NCBI RefSeq assembly: GCF_009914755.1 | Contig: NC_060926.1 | Length of the DNA: 64,000 bases | Origin: the human T2T-CHM13v2.0 reference genome, Homo sapiens | Reading direction: 5' to 3' (one strand) | Notes under the pieces: generated by a model | Databases searched by the model: none | Told to the model about the DNA's origin: nothing | The model's input: the letters and a program-made list of their open reading frames with translations, nothing else | Made by a program: the position numbers and the translations under genes | Part shown: piece by piece, positions 29,123 through 43,875 of the stretch | How positions within the stretch are numbered: position 1 is the first letter of the stretch | How the letters are laid out: each line of letters starts with the position of its first letter

Positions 29123-29431
29123 CAGTAGTTGGCCCACCATTTCCATGAATTCCACCAACTGTGGATCAAACTTATTAAGAAAAAAATAGCAATACAATAA
29201 TAAAAATAATACAAACTAAAAACCAATAAAATATAACAACTATTTGCATAGCATTTACGTTGTATTAGGTATTTATAAGCAGTCTAGACATGTTTTAAAG
29301 TATATGGGTGGATATGCATAGGTTATATGTAAATTCTATGCCATTTTATATAAGGGACTTGAGTATCTATGCATTTTGGTATCTGCAGAAGGTCCTTGAA
29401 CTGTTTCCCCACAGATACCAATGGACAACTG
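29123..29431 (-). mobile_element. MER2 (TcMar-Tigger non-autonomous DNA transposon)
   Basis: CAGT...ACTG termini flanked by TA; CCATTTTATATAAGGGACTTGAG core. Confidence 0.85.
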
Positions 29432-30009
29432 TATTCTTTGAGTATTGTCACACTTCAATACCAAGAAGGTAATGTGTCCCTGATAATGACAGAAACTTCA
29501 TTTTCAGAACCCGCCCAGATTTGCCCTATGTTCTGTTCTTTCAGCTGTTTCTAATTTGTATACTTTCATTATAATAAAACTGTAAACATAAGTATACAAT
29601 TTTCTTGAGTTCTGTGAGCTATTCTAGCAAATGACTGAATCTGAGGGTGGTCGTGGGAACTCCCAAATTTGTAGCCAGTTGGTCTGAAGTAAGGGTGGTC
29701 TTGGGATACCCAACTTTGTGGCTAGCATCTGAAGCAAGGGAAATATTGTAGGAACTATTCTCTCACTGTTTGCCTAAATGCCATTGCATTTAACACTTTG
29801 CATTTTGTGTGGTTGGGATATGTGAGCCCTCTATAGCAGACTGCCAAGTTTCTCTGTACCAAACAAAGTGTGATCCTTTTTCTCAGAGCACCTCTGTATT
29901 TATTTTGTTTAATCCATGAGTACTATTTATCCACATTTCCTCTTGCAAGAAGTCTCCTGTCTACTGATCATCCCCCCATTTTCTTCACTTGTGTATATTG
30001 TTTTTGTTT

Positions 30010-32880
30010 ACTTTTTTAAACAGCTTAATTTATATACAGTAAACATAAAATAAGCTGCACATGATTAAACTAATAAGATTTGACATATGTATACACCCAT
30101 GAAAACATCACCACGATCAACATAATAAACATATTATCTACAGAAGTTTCCTCAAGTCTCTGCAATCCTCTCCCTGCCCCTCCCAATCCCCTCCACCACA
30201 GAAAATCATTTATTTGCTTCTATCTATAAGCAAACTGTCTATAGATAAGTTTGAATTTTATAGAATTTTACATAAATAGAGTCATATAGCAGTACTCCTT
30301 TTAGTCTGGTTTCTTTCATTCAGCATAATTATTCTATGAGCCTCAAGACTGATGAGTGATTCAATAGTTATTGCTTTCTATTGCTGAGTGATATTCCATT
30401 GTATACAAAATTCCACAATATGTTTCCCATTGACCTATTGTTGGAGATGTGGATTATTTTCAGCTTTGGTTGTTATAAATAGAGCTGCTATGAACATTTA
30501 TGAATAAGTATGGACATATACTTTCCTTGCTGTTGAGTAAATACTAAACATAGAATGACGGGGTCATGTGGTATATGTTTAACTTCTTAAGAAACTGAAA
30601 AGCTGTTTTTCAAAGCAGTTGTATCATTTTACACATTTTACATTTGTACTAATAGCATATAAGAGTTTCAGTTGCAATGCATCCTCATCAACACTTTACA
30701 CTTTAATTTTAGACTTTCTAATAAGTGTGTAGTGTTATGAAATTGCTGTTCTAATTTGCATTTCTCCAGTGATTAATGATGTTGAAGATCATTTCAATAT
30801 ACTTATTACCATCAATTTATATTCTTTAATAAAAGTGTTCAAATCTTTTGATTTTTTTTAATTGGGCTCTTTGTTGTCTTACTGAGTTTTGAGAGTTCTA
30901 TATATACTCTGGATACAAGGGTTTTTTTTATTAGATATACAATTTGCAAATATTTTCTTTCGATGTGTGACTTCTCTTTTCAATTCCTTAACAATGTTGT
31001 TCAAGAGCCAGTTTTTTACTTAGATAACCTTCCATTTTACAACACTTTCTTTTATGTATTATGATTCTGGTGTTGTCTATTTAGTCAACCCAAGGTTAAA
31101 ACAATGTGTTCTCATATTTTCCTCTAGTGAGTTTATGGTCTGGGGTGTTACATTTAGGTCTATGACTTATTTTGAGTCTATTTTTTTGTATCTGGAGGTA
31201 GGTATGAAGAAAGGTTCTGTTTTTTAAATGAATATCCAATCCAGAACAATTAAACAATTATATTCTTTTTCATGGAATTAACTTCACACTTTTGTTGAAT
31301 ATCAATTGAATATGTAACTGTTCGATTAATCTACTTGTTTATACATAAACCATTATCAATTTGTGTTGAATACCTTAACTTTAAAATAAGTCCTGAAGCC
31401 AGATAGTTTGTCTTCCAACTTGAATCTTTTTTTCAAGTTCTTTTGTCTATTCTAAGTGCTTTGTGTTTTTATATGAACCTTAGAATGAGCTCGCCAATTT
31501 CTGAAAACAAATCATGCTAAGATTTTGATTGAGACGGCATTAAATCTATAGTTCAACTTGAGGAGAACAGATATCTTAATATTATTATGTGTTTCAATTT
31601 ATAAAGAAGATATGCCTTTTCATTTATTTAGATCTTTTATTATTACATTTTACAATTTTTAGTGCACAGGCAAGCCTTGCACGTGTTTGCTTTTCAGACT
31701 TGTTCTTAAGTATTTTATATTTTAATGTTACTATAGATGGTATTTATTTAAATTTCATTTTCCAACTTTAAGTTGCTGACATATATAAATACAATTAATT
31801 TTAGTATATTTGTCTTTTACCCTGCAGTGTGCTAAACTCACTTAGTAGTTCCAATTTCTTATTTTCTAGTCTAAATGACTTTATTTTCTTAGCTTATTGC
31901 ACTGTCAAAGACATCCTGCATGATATTGAATGGAAGTGGTGAGAGTGAACAGCCTTGCCTTCTTGCTGATCTTAGAGAAAAAGTATTCAGTCTTTCATCA
32001 TAATGTATATTTAACTGTAGATTTTTCATGATGACTCTATCAGGTTGAGAAAGTTTCCTTATATGCTTAGAAAGTTGAAAGTTTATGGATGGTTGATGTC
32101 ATCAAATGCTATTTCTGCACCTATTGGGATTATTATGTATTTTTATTTTTTAGTCTGCTGATACAATGAACTACATTGATTTTCAAACTTTAAACAAATT
32201 TTGTATTCTTCAGACAAAACTCACTTGGTCAGTGATTTTTATGTTTTATGAAGTATTCTTGGATTCAATTTGCTATCATTTTGTTAAGAATTTTTGCACC
32301 TATGTTCACAAGGCATGTGGGCTTGCTATGTTCTATTTGTGTAATATCTTAATCTGATTTTAGGATCACAGAACACAAGTCTCATAAGTTTTATTTTTAT
32401 TGATGAGTTGATATAGTATGGATATTATGTCTTCTTTATTTAATTGAATTCATCAGTTACCTAGAATTAAACTTCTTTCTGGGAAGATTTCTTTTTATCT
32501 GCAATAACATTGTTTTTAATAGACCTATGGCTGTTCAGGTTGTCTGTTTCTTCTTGAGTAAAGATTATAGTTTGTGGTTTTTAAGGAATTTGCCTATTTC
32601 ATGTAAATTGTCAAATTTACTGACATAAAGTTTTTATAATATCTGTTACCATCATTTTAATAACTGTAATATCTGTCCTAATGTCACCCTTCTCATTGCT
32701 GATATTGGTAATTGGTTTCTTCTCTCTTTTTTCCCCCTGATCAGCCAGACTAGAGTGTTATCAATTTTATTGGTCACCTCACAAACCAGCTTTTGGTTTC
32801 ATTGTTTTCCCTGTGGTTTTCCTGGTTGATATTGCATTTGTTGTTGCCTTTATATTTATTATTTCTATCTTGTGAATTTC
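30010..32880 (-). mobile_element. Old L1M (L1MB/MC-like), 3'UTR and ORF2
   Basis: Continuous antisense L1 motifs (TTCATTCAGCATAAT, GCTGCTATGAACATT, GTGGTGAGAGTGAACAGCCTTGCC). Confidence 0.8.
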
Positions 32881-33059
32881 ATATATGCAGCATCTAGTTG
32901 AGCTCACTTATTTGTCCAGTTTGATAACCTTTACCTTTTAAAAGGGTGTTTAGTCCATTTATATTTAAAGTTATTATTATTAAAATTAGCCTTAAATCTA
33001 TTTCTGTAAGTTTTTATCTATCTATTAATATATATTTTTTCTGTACCATTTGATAACAA

Positions 33060-34170
33060 ATTACATACTCCATAAAACTTTGCCCTTAGAAACTTTGATG
33101 TGTATTTTCTAAAAATAAAGATGTATTCTTATGTAATCCCGGTATAATTATCAATTTTGTAAGTTTATATTGATACATTTCTTATAACTATTTTACTGTC
33201 TATACCTTAATTTTATCAGTTGATCAATTAATGTCTTTTATATCATTTTCTGCTCTCAGACAGGATCCAGTATAGAGTAAAATAGTGTGCTATCTGCCAT
33301 GTATCTTTATTTTCCTTCAATCTGGTACATTTTCACAGTTTTTTAAAAAATCTTTCATGACATTGACACTTTGAAGAATAAAAATCACCTTTTAGACTCA
33401 AATTTTTCTTTATTTTTGTATTTGATGTTTCCTCATGATTGGATTATGGTTATGTATTCTCACCTAGAACACTACATACTTGATTTTATGTCTTTCTAAA
33501 TTATCACATCTGAAGGTACATGTTGTCCATCTCTTCCTCACTGATGCTGTTAAATTTTTGATCACCTGGTCACAATAGAGTGCTCAAATCTCCATTGAAT
33601 AATTACTGATTTTTTTCTCCATTGAAATTAATATGCAGCCTTTGGGTGACACTTTAAGACAATGCATATATTCTCCTAATGAAAAGTTCTTTCTAAGGTT
33701 AGCACAGTCATGAGCCTGCCTAAATCCATATATTACATATTTACCAAACGATTATTTTCCAAGTCTAACATTTCCTCCATATTTGTCAGTTAGTCCTCAA
33801 TATTTACTTTAAGGAAGATGTCTCTTTTCTCCATTTATTTATTTCTCTATTTATAAATTCCCATTTGTTCAGAAGATTATAATTAATTAAGGTATGTAAT
33901 TATTTTGGTGCTCAAATTCTCCTAGATTTGGCCAATCAGAGCCCCTTCAGCCTGGTACCTGTATCCTTATGATACACGTCCATTTTTTTTTTATACTTCC
34001 TTACTTTCAAGCCTAACAAGAAGGGCCACAATCATCTTGAACCTACCATACCTCAGCCCTGCTATTAGGTGTCTGTCTTCAAGGTGTCCTGGTTCATTTT
34101 AATGAAGAGAAGTAACAGAGAACAAAACAAGGGCATCAAGTGAGTTCGTTGCTATTGCTATCTCTTCTTG
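33060..34170 (-). mobile_element. Probable L1MC/ME 3' end fragment
   Basis: Diverged motifs (CAGGATCCAG, TTTGATCACCTGG, GCTCAAATT...AGATTTGGCCA). Confidence 0.5.
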
Positions 34171-34742
34171 AATGAGGATATATATTTAAATACCATATTC
34201 ATGAGTTACTTTGATTAGTTTGTCATTTAATTTATTTCCCTTCCTCGTGGTTATGATATTCAACTGAAATGCAATTAGATCCATTTGTTTCAGTGTTCTT
34301 TCAGTTTTTTAGTTATATTTCCCCTTTCACACTTCTATTAATTTATTTCTAAAATAAATGTAGACTTACACAGTTTCAAATGCCACAATTATACAAAGGG
34401 TATACTGAAGAAAATGTCATTCTCTCCCCTTATGACTCCCACCTTATTCTCACCTCAAGTTGTTCTACCACTAGTCTTTTTGAACTACAGTGAAATTTCA
34501 TATAGCAAGCCATGACAGCATTTGAATTTTGTTACTGTTTGTCACTACTTGGTGATAAAAGACTGGTATGTATTTCTGAAGTATAAATATATGTATGCAT
34601 GGTTGTGCATCATCAAAATAAAGACACAAAAATATAAAAGTGTCATAGAGAACTCATTGACTTCTGATAATTTATCTGTGGATTAAAGTACAAGAAACAT
34701 GTGCTTTTCTTATTTTCTCTCAGTAATCATATCGCATAACAC

Positions 34743-34942
34743 AGAAAGAAAGAGAGAGATAAGGAAAGAGAGAAAGAGAGAGCAAGAGAGAGAGACAGCA
34801 AGAGAGAGAGAAAGAAAAAAACAGAAAGGAAAGAAAGAGAAAGAAAGGGAAAGGAAGGAAGGGGAGGGGAAGGAGAAAGAAAGAAGAAAGAGAAAGAAAA
34901 GGGAAAGAAAGGAAGAAGAAAGAGAGAAAAAGAAAGAAAAGA
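34743..34942. repeat. GA-rich polypurine microsatellite
   Basis: Directly visible. Confidence 0.95.
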
Positions 34943-37276
34943 GTGCGCTGCCATCTTTTTTGTTTATAAACCATTGCTTCTGCTCTGCAACAGTATATAT
35001 CTTTCATGGGATATATAAATAAAAGGTCATGTGTTGAGAAAAACAAGTAGTTTATGTAGGTTACAGTAAATACAATGCATGCCTATTCTTCCTAATGGTA
35101 TGAATGTGGTCAAATATAAGAAAAAAACCTGTACTTAGCTAATAGGTTTTTTCGTTCATATTCCTCACTTGAGTTTTGCTAGAGAGTGTACTTATTATAC
35201 TAGATTATTTATTACCTGAAGAATTCATAGAAATTCAATAATAATATTCAAATTACGGGTATAAAATAAAATAGGAGCACCTAATACATGTTTCCCAAAT
35301 CTCTTCTTCCTTTCCTCTATTGCACTCCTAACCCAGTCAGCACTTCTGGCTCATACATCACAAACTTGTTCAATACTTTTTCTATATGAAAATTCAATTC
35401 TGACTCAATTCCTCCTCCAAGTTATGTTATATGTTAATTACACATTCTTTCCCCTTACTTCTAATATCTCACTTTCATATATCAAGTTTTGTTAGTCGCA
35501 TCTTAATTCTAGAAATTACATTGCAATAAATTGAAAGTTTTGAGGTGAATCCAACATACTATCAAATCATTTTGGTAATTGAGGATAAAGCAGAAAAACA
35601 ATAAGTAACCATATCAGACACTTGGATTTAAATAATAAAATTTGATTAAATTTCATTTTCTTAGCATTTCATAACTTAATTCTCCTTCCCACATATTACC
35701 CTTTCATTTAGTTAGAAAATAGTTGTCTTAGTCATAAATATCTAAGCAGAACTATAAGAAAAGTATTACATTAAAATGTGATTAAGATATTTTGACTGTG
35801 GGAAATAAAAAAATTCCAGGCACAATAAAAATAAAAAAACAAAAAGTTCCTGTGTAAGCTCTATTTTTAAATTGTTGTTGTTGTTTTGCTTTTTCAGTGC
35901 GTATATAATTTTGTTAATGTGGTATGAAAGAGAAAGTTCTATTTACTAACATATGAGAGATTCTCATCAGTGATTTGTCTTAAGCATGAAGATCAAGTTC
36001 AGTTCTCTAATAATACCAGATGGTCTGTTATCCTTCTGTATTAACTCATAGTCTGAGGAGAATTGTAACACGTGGCAGACTCAGTAAAGAGTTGAATTCC
36101 AAATTCTTAGCAGAGTTCTGAAAGATGGCAATAACGTTTTGACAAGGAAAAATAATACACAGGTCTTGGCGGCAGTTTCTCAGGCTCAAACTGGTTCCTC
36201 CCTCTTTCTTCACCCACGTTTCCAACTTTTTTTTTCAAATTGGTGTTTTGGTTTTGAGAAAAGTGCACAAACAAAAAGCTTCTTATTGGTCTATACATCC
36301 TTGAGAGTCTACCCCACTCTATCTGTATCACTCTAATGGGTGATTTTTGTTCCATTTAAAATAGCGTATTCTTACCAGCCCTTTACCTTCTCTTTCCTGC
36401 TTTATTTTTCTTCTCACCAGTTACGACCCTTTGATATACTATCTATTTTACCTATTTAATGTTACTGTCTTTATAAATGGAGATGTCAGGTCCACACAGG
36501 GCTTCCAGGTCCATGCAGACTGTTTGGAAATATTTGCCTCTGTTTCCTTGAAAGGCAAAAGCAGATAAGAAATTTGAGCAAAGTTAAGGAAAACAAGAAG
36601 AGACGCTAAGCCTTTGGTGGTTTGGAGTTGTTTGGGAAGTCCAAAAATATTTGAAGTTTTGGGCACCTCAGAAAGCTTTGAATAGGTAGTTTTAGAACAA
36701 CTGAGAACACTTATTTAACACAGTGACTAATAACTTGATTGCCCAATAGTTGATGCTGCCTGAAGATGTAAGCAATTTAATAGTAATTCTGATAATAAGA
36801 TAATTAAGATAAAAATAGTTTAGAATTACTTGATTAAAATAGCAAGAGACATATTGCAGTTGCAAGAGACAAACACATATTGAGACAGCCTTTGAGAATC
36901 AATACATCCATTTCTACCTGTGATGTCACTGTCAGTCTCTTGGTGAACACAAGGCTGGCTGGACCATGTCCTGACCTGGAGGACATTTTGAATGCTCTTG
37001 CTAAAATACAGTAAATGTATTGAACAAACAATCTACGCATACTCACAAAGTTTACCTCTAGCTATCTGTCTTGTGTGTTAATTTTCAGATATTTATTTAG
37101 CACCTGTTATGGGCTATGGAGAATATTGGGTTATTTAAACAAGAGAATGACTTAAACATAACTGTTGAAATACTCTTTGCTGCATTTTAGACATGATTTT
37201 ATTATCCAGTGAAAAACTTTAAGAAAGTTTATTTCCATGGGTAATCTAAGCTGATCTTCTTTTAAAACAATAAAAT

Positions 37277-38510
37277 CTAATTCCACATCCTCCCTTCCAT
37301 TCATTCTTACTCTTTCTCGCTTTTACTTTCAACAAATATCAAGCACATACTAGAAGCTAGGGGCTATGCTGACCTTTAGGGATCTAGGTGTGAGTGAAAC
37401 AAACAAGATGACTATCTGCTTGATTCTTAGACTCTATTAAAATTAACAGAGAAATCATCAATTTAAATAGCATGATGACTGTTTTGAGAAAGTGTAGGTG
37501 CATATGAGAAACAACTGACTTTTCTACACTTCAGAGAAAACTTCCCACACTATGGCTATCTGACAACGAAAAATGGATAGGAGATAGTCTGATAAAGTGG
37601 GTTGTGGGAAGAGTGTCAAGTAGAATATATTTGATTATCTGGAGGTTAAGAAAGAAGGTGATCAGTTTTGAGGAACTTAAACTCGTTCAGCATGGTCAGA
37701 ATGAAGACTAGCATGTTGAAATCTGAGACAACAAAGTGAGATGAGGAAGAATTAGGTAATCCTTAAGGTGTAAATTTTTATCCTATGGGTGGTGAAATGC
37801 CATTGACAATTTATGAATTGGAGAGTAGAAGGATGAGACTTGGATTTTAGAACAATTTCTCAAGAAAGTAAAGAGAATAAATATTTTTTAAAAACTGGAA
37901 ACAGGGCTAGAAACTTGGAAGATGTTTCATAAATCTAGACAGAAGGTAGACTATAGTGACGATCTCTGGGGTAGTGATGTGCGTAGATTTGAAACAACGA
38001 ATACGTTTATAACATGGAATTTAAGTTGCCCATGAGACATTCAAGTGGATGTATTTAGTAAACAGTTGGATATATGGCTTAACAATTGGAAAAGAAATCA
38101 GAAGTGAAGTCAATGTTTGAGTTTATTTTGTGATTCATTTATTTTAAAAATATTTGTTTATGACCTACCATGTCCCATATTGGGGACTGAAACTAGCTAC
38201 TGGTGCTGCAAAAGAGAACAAAGCAAACAATGTTTATAAGTTCTTTTAAGCCAGTTGGAGAGAGAATAACATAAAAAGAGGTTAAATAGATAGTATATCA
38301 AAGAATCATAAGTAGTGAGAAGAAAAATAAAGCAGGATAGAGAAGGAAGAGTGCTGATAAGAATATGCCATTTTAAATGAAAGAAAAGAGTACTCCCTAG
38401 GGTTATATTTAAGCAAAGACCTGAAGAAGATGAGCAAGCAAACCATGAAGCCATTGGGAAGGAGTGATCCAGGTGGCAGAATCAGCAAGTGCAAAAGCCC
38501 TAGGCAACGA
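37277..38510 (-). mobile_element. L2 fragments (two adjacent 3' portions)
   Basis: CATTCATT...CAACAAATAT ends at ~37280 and ~38133; L2 motifs TTTAAGTTGCCCATGAGACATTCAAGTGG and AGCAAGTGCAAAAGCCCT. Confidence 0.65.
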
Positions 38511-38582
38511 TTTGCCCAATAAATAAGTAAGGATACGCCCAATATATAAGTAAGGATACGTTGGTAATTAAAATAATAGAAT

Positions 38583-41125
38583 ATGGTTTCAGGTCTTAGA
38601 TTTAAGTCTTTGATCCATCTTGAGCTCATTTTTGTATAAGATTAGAGATGAGAATCCAGTTTCATTCTTCTACATGTGGCTTTCCAATTATCCCAGCACC
38701 ATGTGTTGAATAGGGTGCCCTTTCCCTACTTCAGGGTTTTGTTTGCTTTGTTGAAGATCATTGACTGAAAATATTTGGCTTCATTTCTGGGTTCTCTATT
38801 CTGTTCCATTGGTCTATGTCCCAATTTTTATGAGTACCACGCTGTTTTGGTGACTATGGCCTTATAGTATAGTTTGAAGTCAGGTAATGTGATGCCTTCA
38901 GATTTGTTCTTTTTGCTTAGTCTTGCTTTGACTATATGGGCTGTTTTTTGGTTCAACATGAATTTTAGGATTGTTTTTTCTAGTTCTCTATAATGATGGT
39001 GGTATTTTGATGGGAATTGCATTGAACTTGTAGATTGCTTTGGTGGTATGGTCATTTTCACAATATTGATTTTACCCATCCATGAGCATGGGTTGTGTTT
39101 TCATTTGTTTGTGTCATCTATGATTTCTTTCATCAGTGTTTTGTAGTTTTCCTTGTAGAGCTCTTTCACCTCCTTGGTTAGGTATATTCCTAAGTATTTT
39201 ATTTTATTTTATTTTATTTTTTGCAGCTATTGTAAAAGGGATTGAGTTCTTTATTTGATTTTTAGCTTGGTTGCTGTTGGTGTATAACAGAGCTACTGAT
39301 TTGCATTCATTAATTTTGTATCCTGAAATTTTGCTGAATTCATTTACCAGTTCTAGGAGCTTTTTGGATCAGTTTTAGGGTTTTCTAGGTTTAGAATCAT
39401 ATCATCAGCAAACAGTGATAATTTGACTTCCTCTTTACCAATTTGGATGCCCTTGGTTTCTTTGTCTTGTCTGATTGCTCTGGCTAGAACTTCCAGTACT
39501 ATGTTGAATAGAAATGGTGAAGGTTGGCATCCTTGTCTTGTTCCAGCTCCCAGGGGGAATGCTTTCAACTTTTCCCCCATTCAGTATAATGTTGGCTGTG
39601 GGTTTGTCATAGATGGCTTTTATTACCTTAACTTATGTCGCTTCTCTGTCAATTTTGCTGAGGGTTTTAATCATCAAGTGATGCTGGATTTTGTCAAATA
39701 CTTTTTCTGCATCTACTGAGATGATCAGCTGATTTTTGTTTTTTATTTCTGTTTATGTGGTGTACCACATTTATTGACTTGCAAATGTTAAACCATCCCT
39801 GCATCCCTGGTATGAAAACCACTTGATCATGGTGGATTATCTTTTTGATATGCTGTTGGATTTGGTTAGCTAGTAATTTGTTGAGGATTTTTGCATCTAT
39901 GTACATCAGGGATATTAGTCTGAAGTTTTCTTTTTTTGTTATGTTCTTCTCTGGTTTTGGTATTAGGGTTATACCGGCTTCATAGAATGATTTAGGGGGG
40001 GTTCCTTCTTTTCTTTTCCTGTGAAATAGTGTCTTAGGCAAAGACTTCATGACAAAGAACCCAAAAGCAAATGCAACAAAAACAAAAATTAAAAATGGGA
40101 CTTAATTAAGCTAAAAAGATTATGCAAAGGAAAAGAAATAATCAGCAGAGTTAACAGACAACCCACAGAATGGGAGAAAATCTTCATAATCTGTACATCT
40201 GACCAAGGACTAATATCCAGAATCTACAAATAACTCAAATAAATCAGCAAGAAAAAAAACAAGCAATCCCATCAAAAAGTGGGCTAAGGACATGAATAGA
40301 CAATTCTCAAAAGAAGATATACAAATGGCCAACAAGCATATGGATAAATGCTCAACAACATTAATTATCAGGAAAATGCAAATCAAAACCACAATGCAAT
40401 ACCACCTCACTCCTACAAGAATGGCCATAATCAAAAAACCAAAAAATAACAGACATAGGCATGGATGCGTTGAAAAGGGAACACTTTTACATTGTTGGTG
40501 GGAATGTAAACTAGTACAACCACTATGGGAACCAGTGTGGAGATTCCTTAAAAAGCTAAAAGTAGATCTACCATGTGATCCAGCATTCCCACTATGTAGT
40601 ATCTATCCAGAGGAAAAGAAGTCATTATACCAAAAAGATACTTGCACACACGTTTATGGCAGCACAATTTGCAATTACAAAAATATAGAACAAGCCCAAA
40701 TGCCCATCAATCAATGAGTGGATAAAGAAAGTGTATTATGTATATACCGTGGAATACTACTCAGCCATAAAAAGGAATGGAATAATGGCATTTGTAGCAA
40801 CCTAGGTGGAATTGGAGACTATTTTTTAAATGAAGTAACTCGGGAATGGAAAACCAAACATCGTGTGTTCTCACTCATAATTGGGAGCTAAGCTATGAGG
40901 ACGCAAAGGCATAAGAATGATACAATGGACTTTGGGGACTAGGGGGAAATGGTGGGAGTGGGATGAGGGATAAAAGACTACAACATTGAGTACAGTTTGC
41001 ACTGCTTGGGTGATGGGTGCACTAAAATCTCAGAAATCACCACTAAACAACTTATTCATGTAATCAAACACCACCTGTTCCCCCAAAACCTATTGAAATA
41101 TAAAATAAATTTTAAAAAAGAAAAA
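38583..41125. mobile_element. L1PB-like insertion with a 5' inversion (minus 38583-40033, plus 40033-41125)
   Basis: RT-domain ORF remnants on minus ([24 protein letters not shown]; SLFADDMIL), ORF2 C-terminus and L1PB-type 3'UTR (GCTATGAGGACGCAAAGGCATAAGAATGATAC) on plus. Confidence 0.92.
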
Positions 41126-41139
41126 ATATCATAGGATAA

Positions 41140-41318
41140 TAAAGAAGGAATAGAAGAAGGACAAGGAGAAGGAGGAATGGAAGGCAGGCAGGCAAATAGG
41201 CAAGCAGGCAGGCAAGAAGGAAGGAGGGAAGGAAGGAAGGGAGGGAGGGAGGAAAGGGAGAGGAGAGGAGGGGAAGGGAGGCAAGGAAAGGGAAGGCAAG
41301 GGAAGAGAAAAGGAAAGG
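41140..41318. repeat. (GGAA)/(GGCA) purine-rich low-complexity tract
   Basis: Directly visible. Confidence 0.9.
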
Positions 41319-43629
41319 TATCCTTTACCTTAAAATAAAGGTTACCTGTATTACTGCCAAAATATCCATTTAGATAAAGCCTTCCTCACATGCATTACAA
41401 AATTGCCTGTCTTCCTTGTGTAGTATATAACATTCCACTTTTACTGGTAAACGTTATCGACAGAACTGTGGGATAGGGTATATTCAGGCTTTTGTAGATG
41501 TGCTTGCTCTAACTTTGAATATTTTAAGGGTACTAGGATTATGATCTGTACATAAAAAAGAAAAACTAGTCTACCTTTTACAGTGCCTTTATCTATCCTA
41601 TTTCTTACTTTATCTCATAGAAAAACTGATCTGAAACCCATCTAATTTTTTTATATCAACTAATACTGTGCAGCCATATTTCTCTTCACCATATTCTTGT
41701 GCAATCAACTTTTCTACCAATGATTTTGCATTTATCTCTTGTACAACTTTATTAGTCTAATAGAAAAACAAAAAGTTTTTTTCTTTTAATCTTAAGGCTA
41801 TCATGCAACGTGTCACCTTGTCTTACCTACAAACTTGATTTGAATTTTTGCTATGTCTACTAATCATAATTCTACAGAAATATTAGTAAAATAATTTTAT
41901 ACATCTTTCTTCAATATCATTTCACCAAGAGGTCTTAACTTACCTGGCAAGGGATAATATGAGCTTTGCCCAAATTCACTAACATGAACCCTGCAGTATC
42001 AGGAAGTACCTTGAGCATCTCTGCTTAGTCTCAAACATGCAGAATTGTCCAAGCATATGGTAGTAACTTTGCAATTTATGCCCTATCATTTTAAGTACAT
42101 TCACTCTTCTTTACACAAATAAGTGTTACATCATGTTTAAATTTACCACTTTATAAGTGAGAGAATTTATACCGAGTAGCCAAATAATCTGTTTAATATT
42201 AACTAGATTATAATGGATTTAAGGCTAGGGCTTATGCATTGCTTTTCTGTTTCTATCCTGACAAACTCAGTATGGTGCTTTGCATACAGTATGTATTTGA
42301 ATAGCATACTTAACTAATTGAAGGAAAATTGTTTGAGCTGTAAATTATACCACTGTCTGCATGGAGGCACTTACTTAAATGGTTGGAAAGTAATTTGGAG
42401 GCAGTATGTACAAAGTGGATAATACCCTTGAAAACCCAAATCTATAAAGTGAGAGTAAATGACACATCTATCAAATCATTAATGACTAAAACTTAAATAC
42501 TATAAAAATTGGAATTTGATTAGCTGTCTTTATTTATTTAACTGTTGATAATGTACAATGTTCCTCAGTTTAACTGTCTTTCACGTTCTTCAACTCCTTT
42601 TTGGCACTGCATAAATTATATATACATATATACGTACATACACATAACTATATGTATATATAACAATTAAAATGTTATTTGGAGCAAAAAATTTTCTTTG
42701 AAGAAACTGGGGAATTTATCAAGCTTGAAAAAGTGATAAAGAGATGTCTAAGTTGAGAAATGTTGGAAAGTCTGGGACAGTGTTGTAAAGAAAAACCTAT
42801 GATCCTTTTGGAAATACTTGCCTAAGTATGTCATTTCAGGACAGCTCCCTGCCACATAAGTAAGTTTTGTTGGAAACTGTGTTCATTTGTGCACTGTCAG
42901 GGTGGGATCATTTTTACAGTTTACAACGTGGACGGGCTCTGAGGGGAGGGAAAGCCTGATTTGTCACTTTCTGGCTTTACTCGACTAATCTAAGCTTAAT
43001 ACTGACTACAGTAAAACTTGGATTATCCTAACAGATTTTAAGAAAAATAAAAATAGGATGAAAAAATCTAGTTTAGTAGAAGAACGTGAGTCTACTCATT
43101 CAGATCTTTTGTATTCCATCGTACGGTCACACCATCTCAATTCAAAACGATAAATTTAAAGGAGCTTTCCATTGACTTTTAAATGTCATAGAGTACTGAG
43201 TTTTTCTCTTTTCTATTATTTACTTTTATTTTTGTAATCACAACAGAAAGAATGTATGTTTGACTGGATCCTCACATATTTTTCAAAAACACTTTTGGAA
43301 CTACTCTATGGAATTTCCTTTAGGATCATTTTATGAGACATTCAAAAAATCAGAATCATTACTATGTATTCATATTTTTTGATGCAATGTCAAACCACAA
43401 CTTGCAACAAATTGTTTTTGGCATTTAAAAACAATTAAGCCTACCCTCAATGATTCCACCTATAGGAACACGACAATAATATGTTTTGAACAAATAAGTA
43501 ATTGAGAAAAAATTGAACAAAATGTAGTTACTCAAAATTATTCCATCAAAGAGGAAACCACTTATTTGAATATATAGTTTTGACATATTTAAAAGCATAG
43601 GGGTATTAAATTCACACAATATATTGGGA

Positions 43630-43875
43630 TTAAAAGAATGGATTCCAGAACCAGACTTCCTGGATTAGCATCTTGGCTCTGTCATTTACCAAGTGTGTAA
43701 TCTTAGACAAATCAGTTTACTCATTTAAAAAAAACATATGAAAGTAGTACACATTCATAAGAATGTGATGAGGGTACTTTCTGTGTGTGTATGTGAGTGT
43801 GTTTGTGTGTGAGTGTATAGTACCTAGTATGCACGAGCCCTATTCTAAGTTTATATATGTGTGCATGTGTGTGTA
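43630..43875 (+). mobile_element. MIR fragment followed by imperfect (TG)n
   Basis: CCAGACTTCCTGGATT...CTTGGCTCTGTCATTTACC..GTGTAATCTTAGACAA. Confidence 0.6.

Larger units (their letters stand above)
28790..29780 (+). mobile_element. MER21-like LTR split by MER2
   Basis: GAGGGGTCTGGCCTTTG, GAGCTTCCCTGGTTGGCAATAC and CTGAGGGTGGTCGTGGGAACTCCCAAATTTGTAGCCAGTTGG motifs. Confidence 0.75.

Noticed and set aside
38828-40717. Reverse-transcriptase-like ORFs
   Set aside because: Frameshifted L1 ORF2 fragments of a truncated, inverted insertion; not an intact gene
41317-41348. Hairpin AGGTATCCTTTA...TAAAGGTTACCT (similar small one at ~11210-11230)
   Set aside because: Short imperfect inverted repeats are expected by chance in 64 kb of AT-rich DNA
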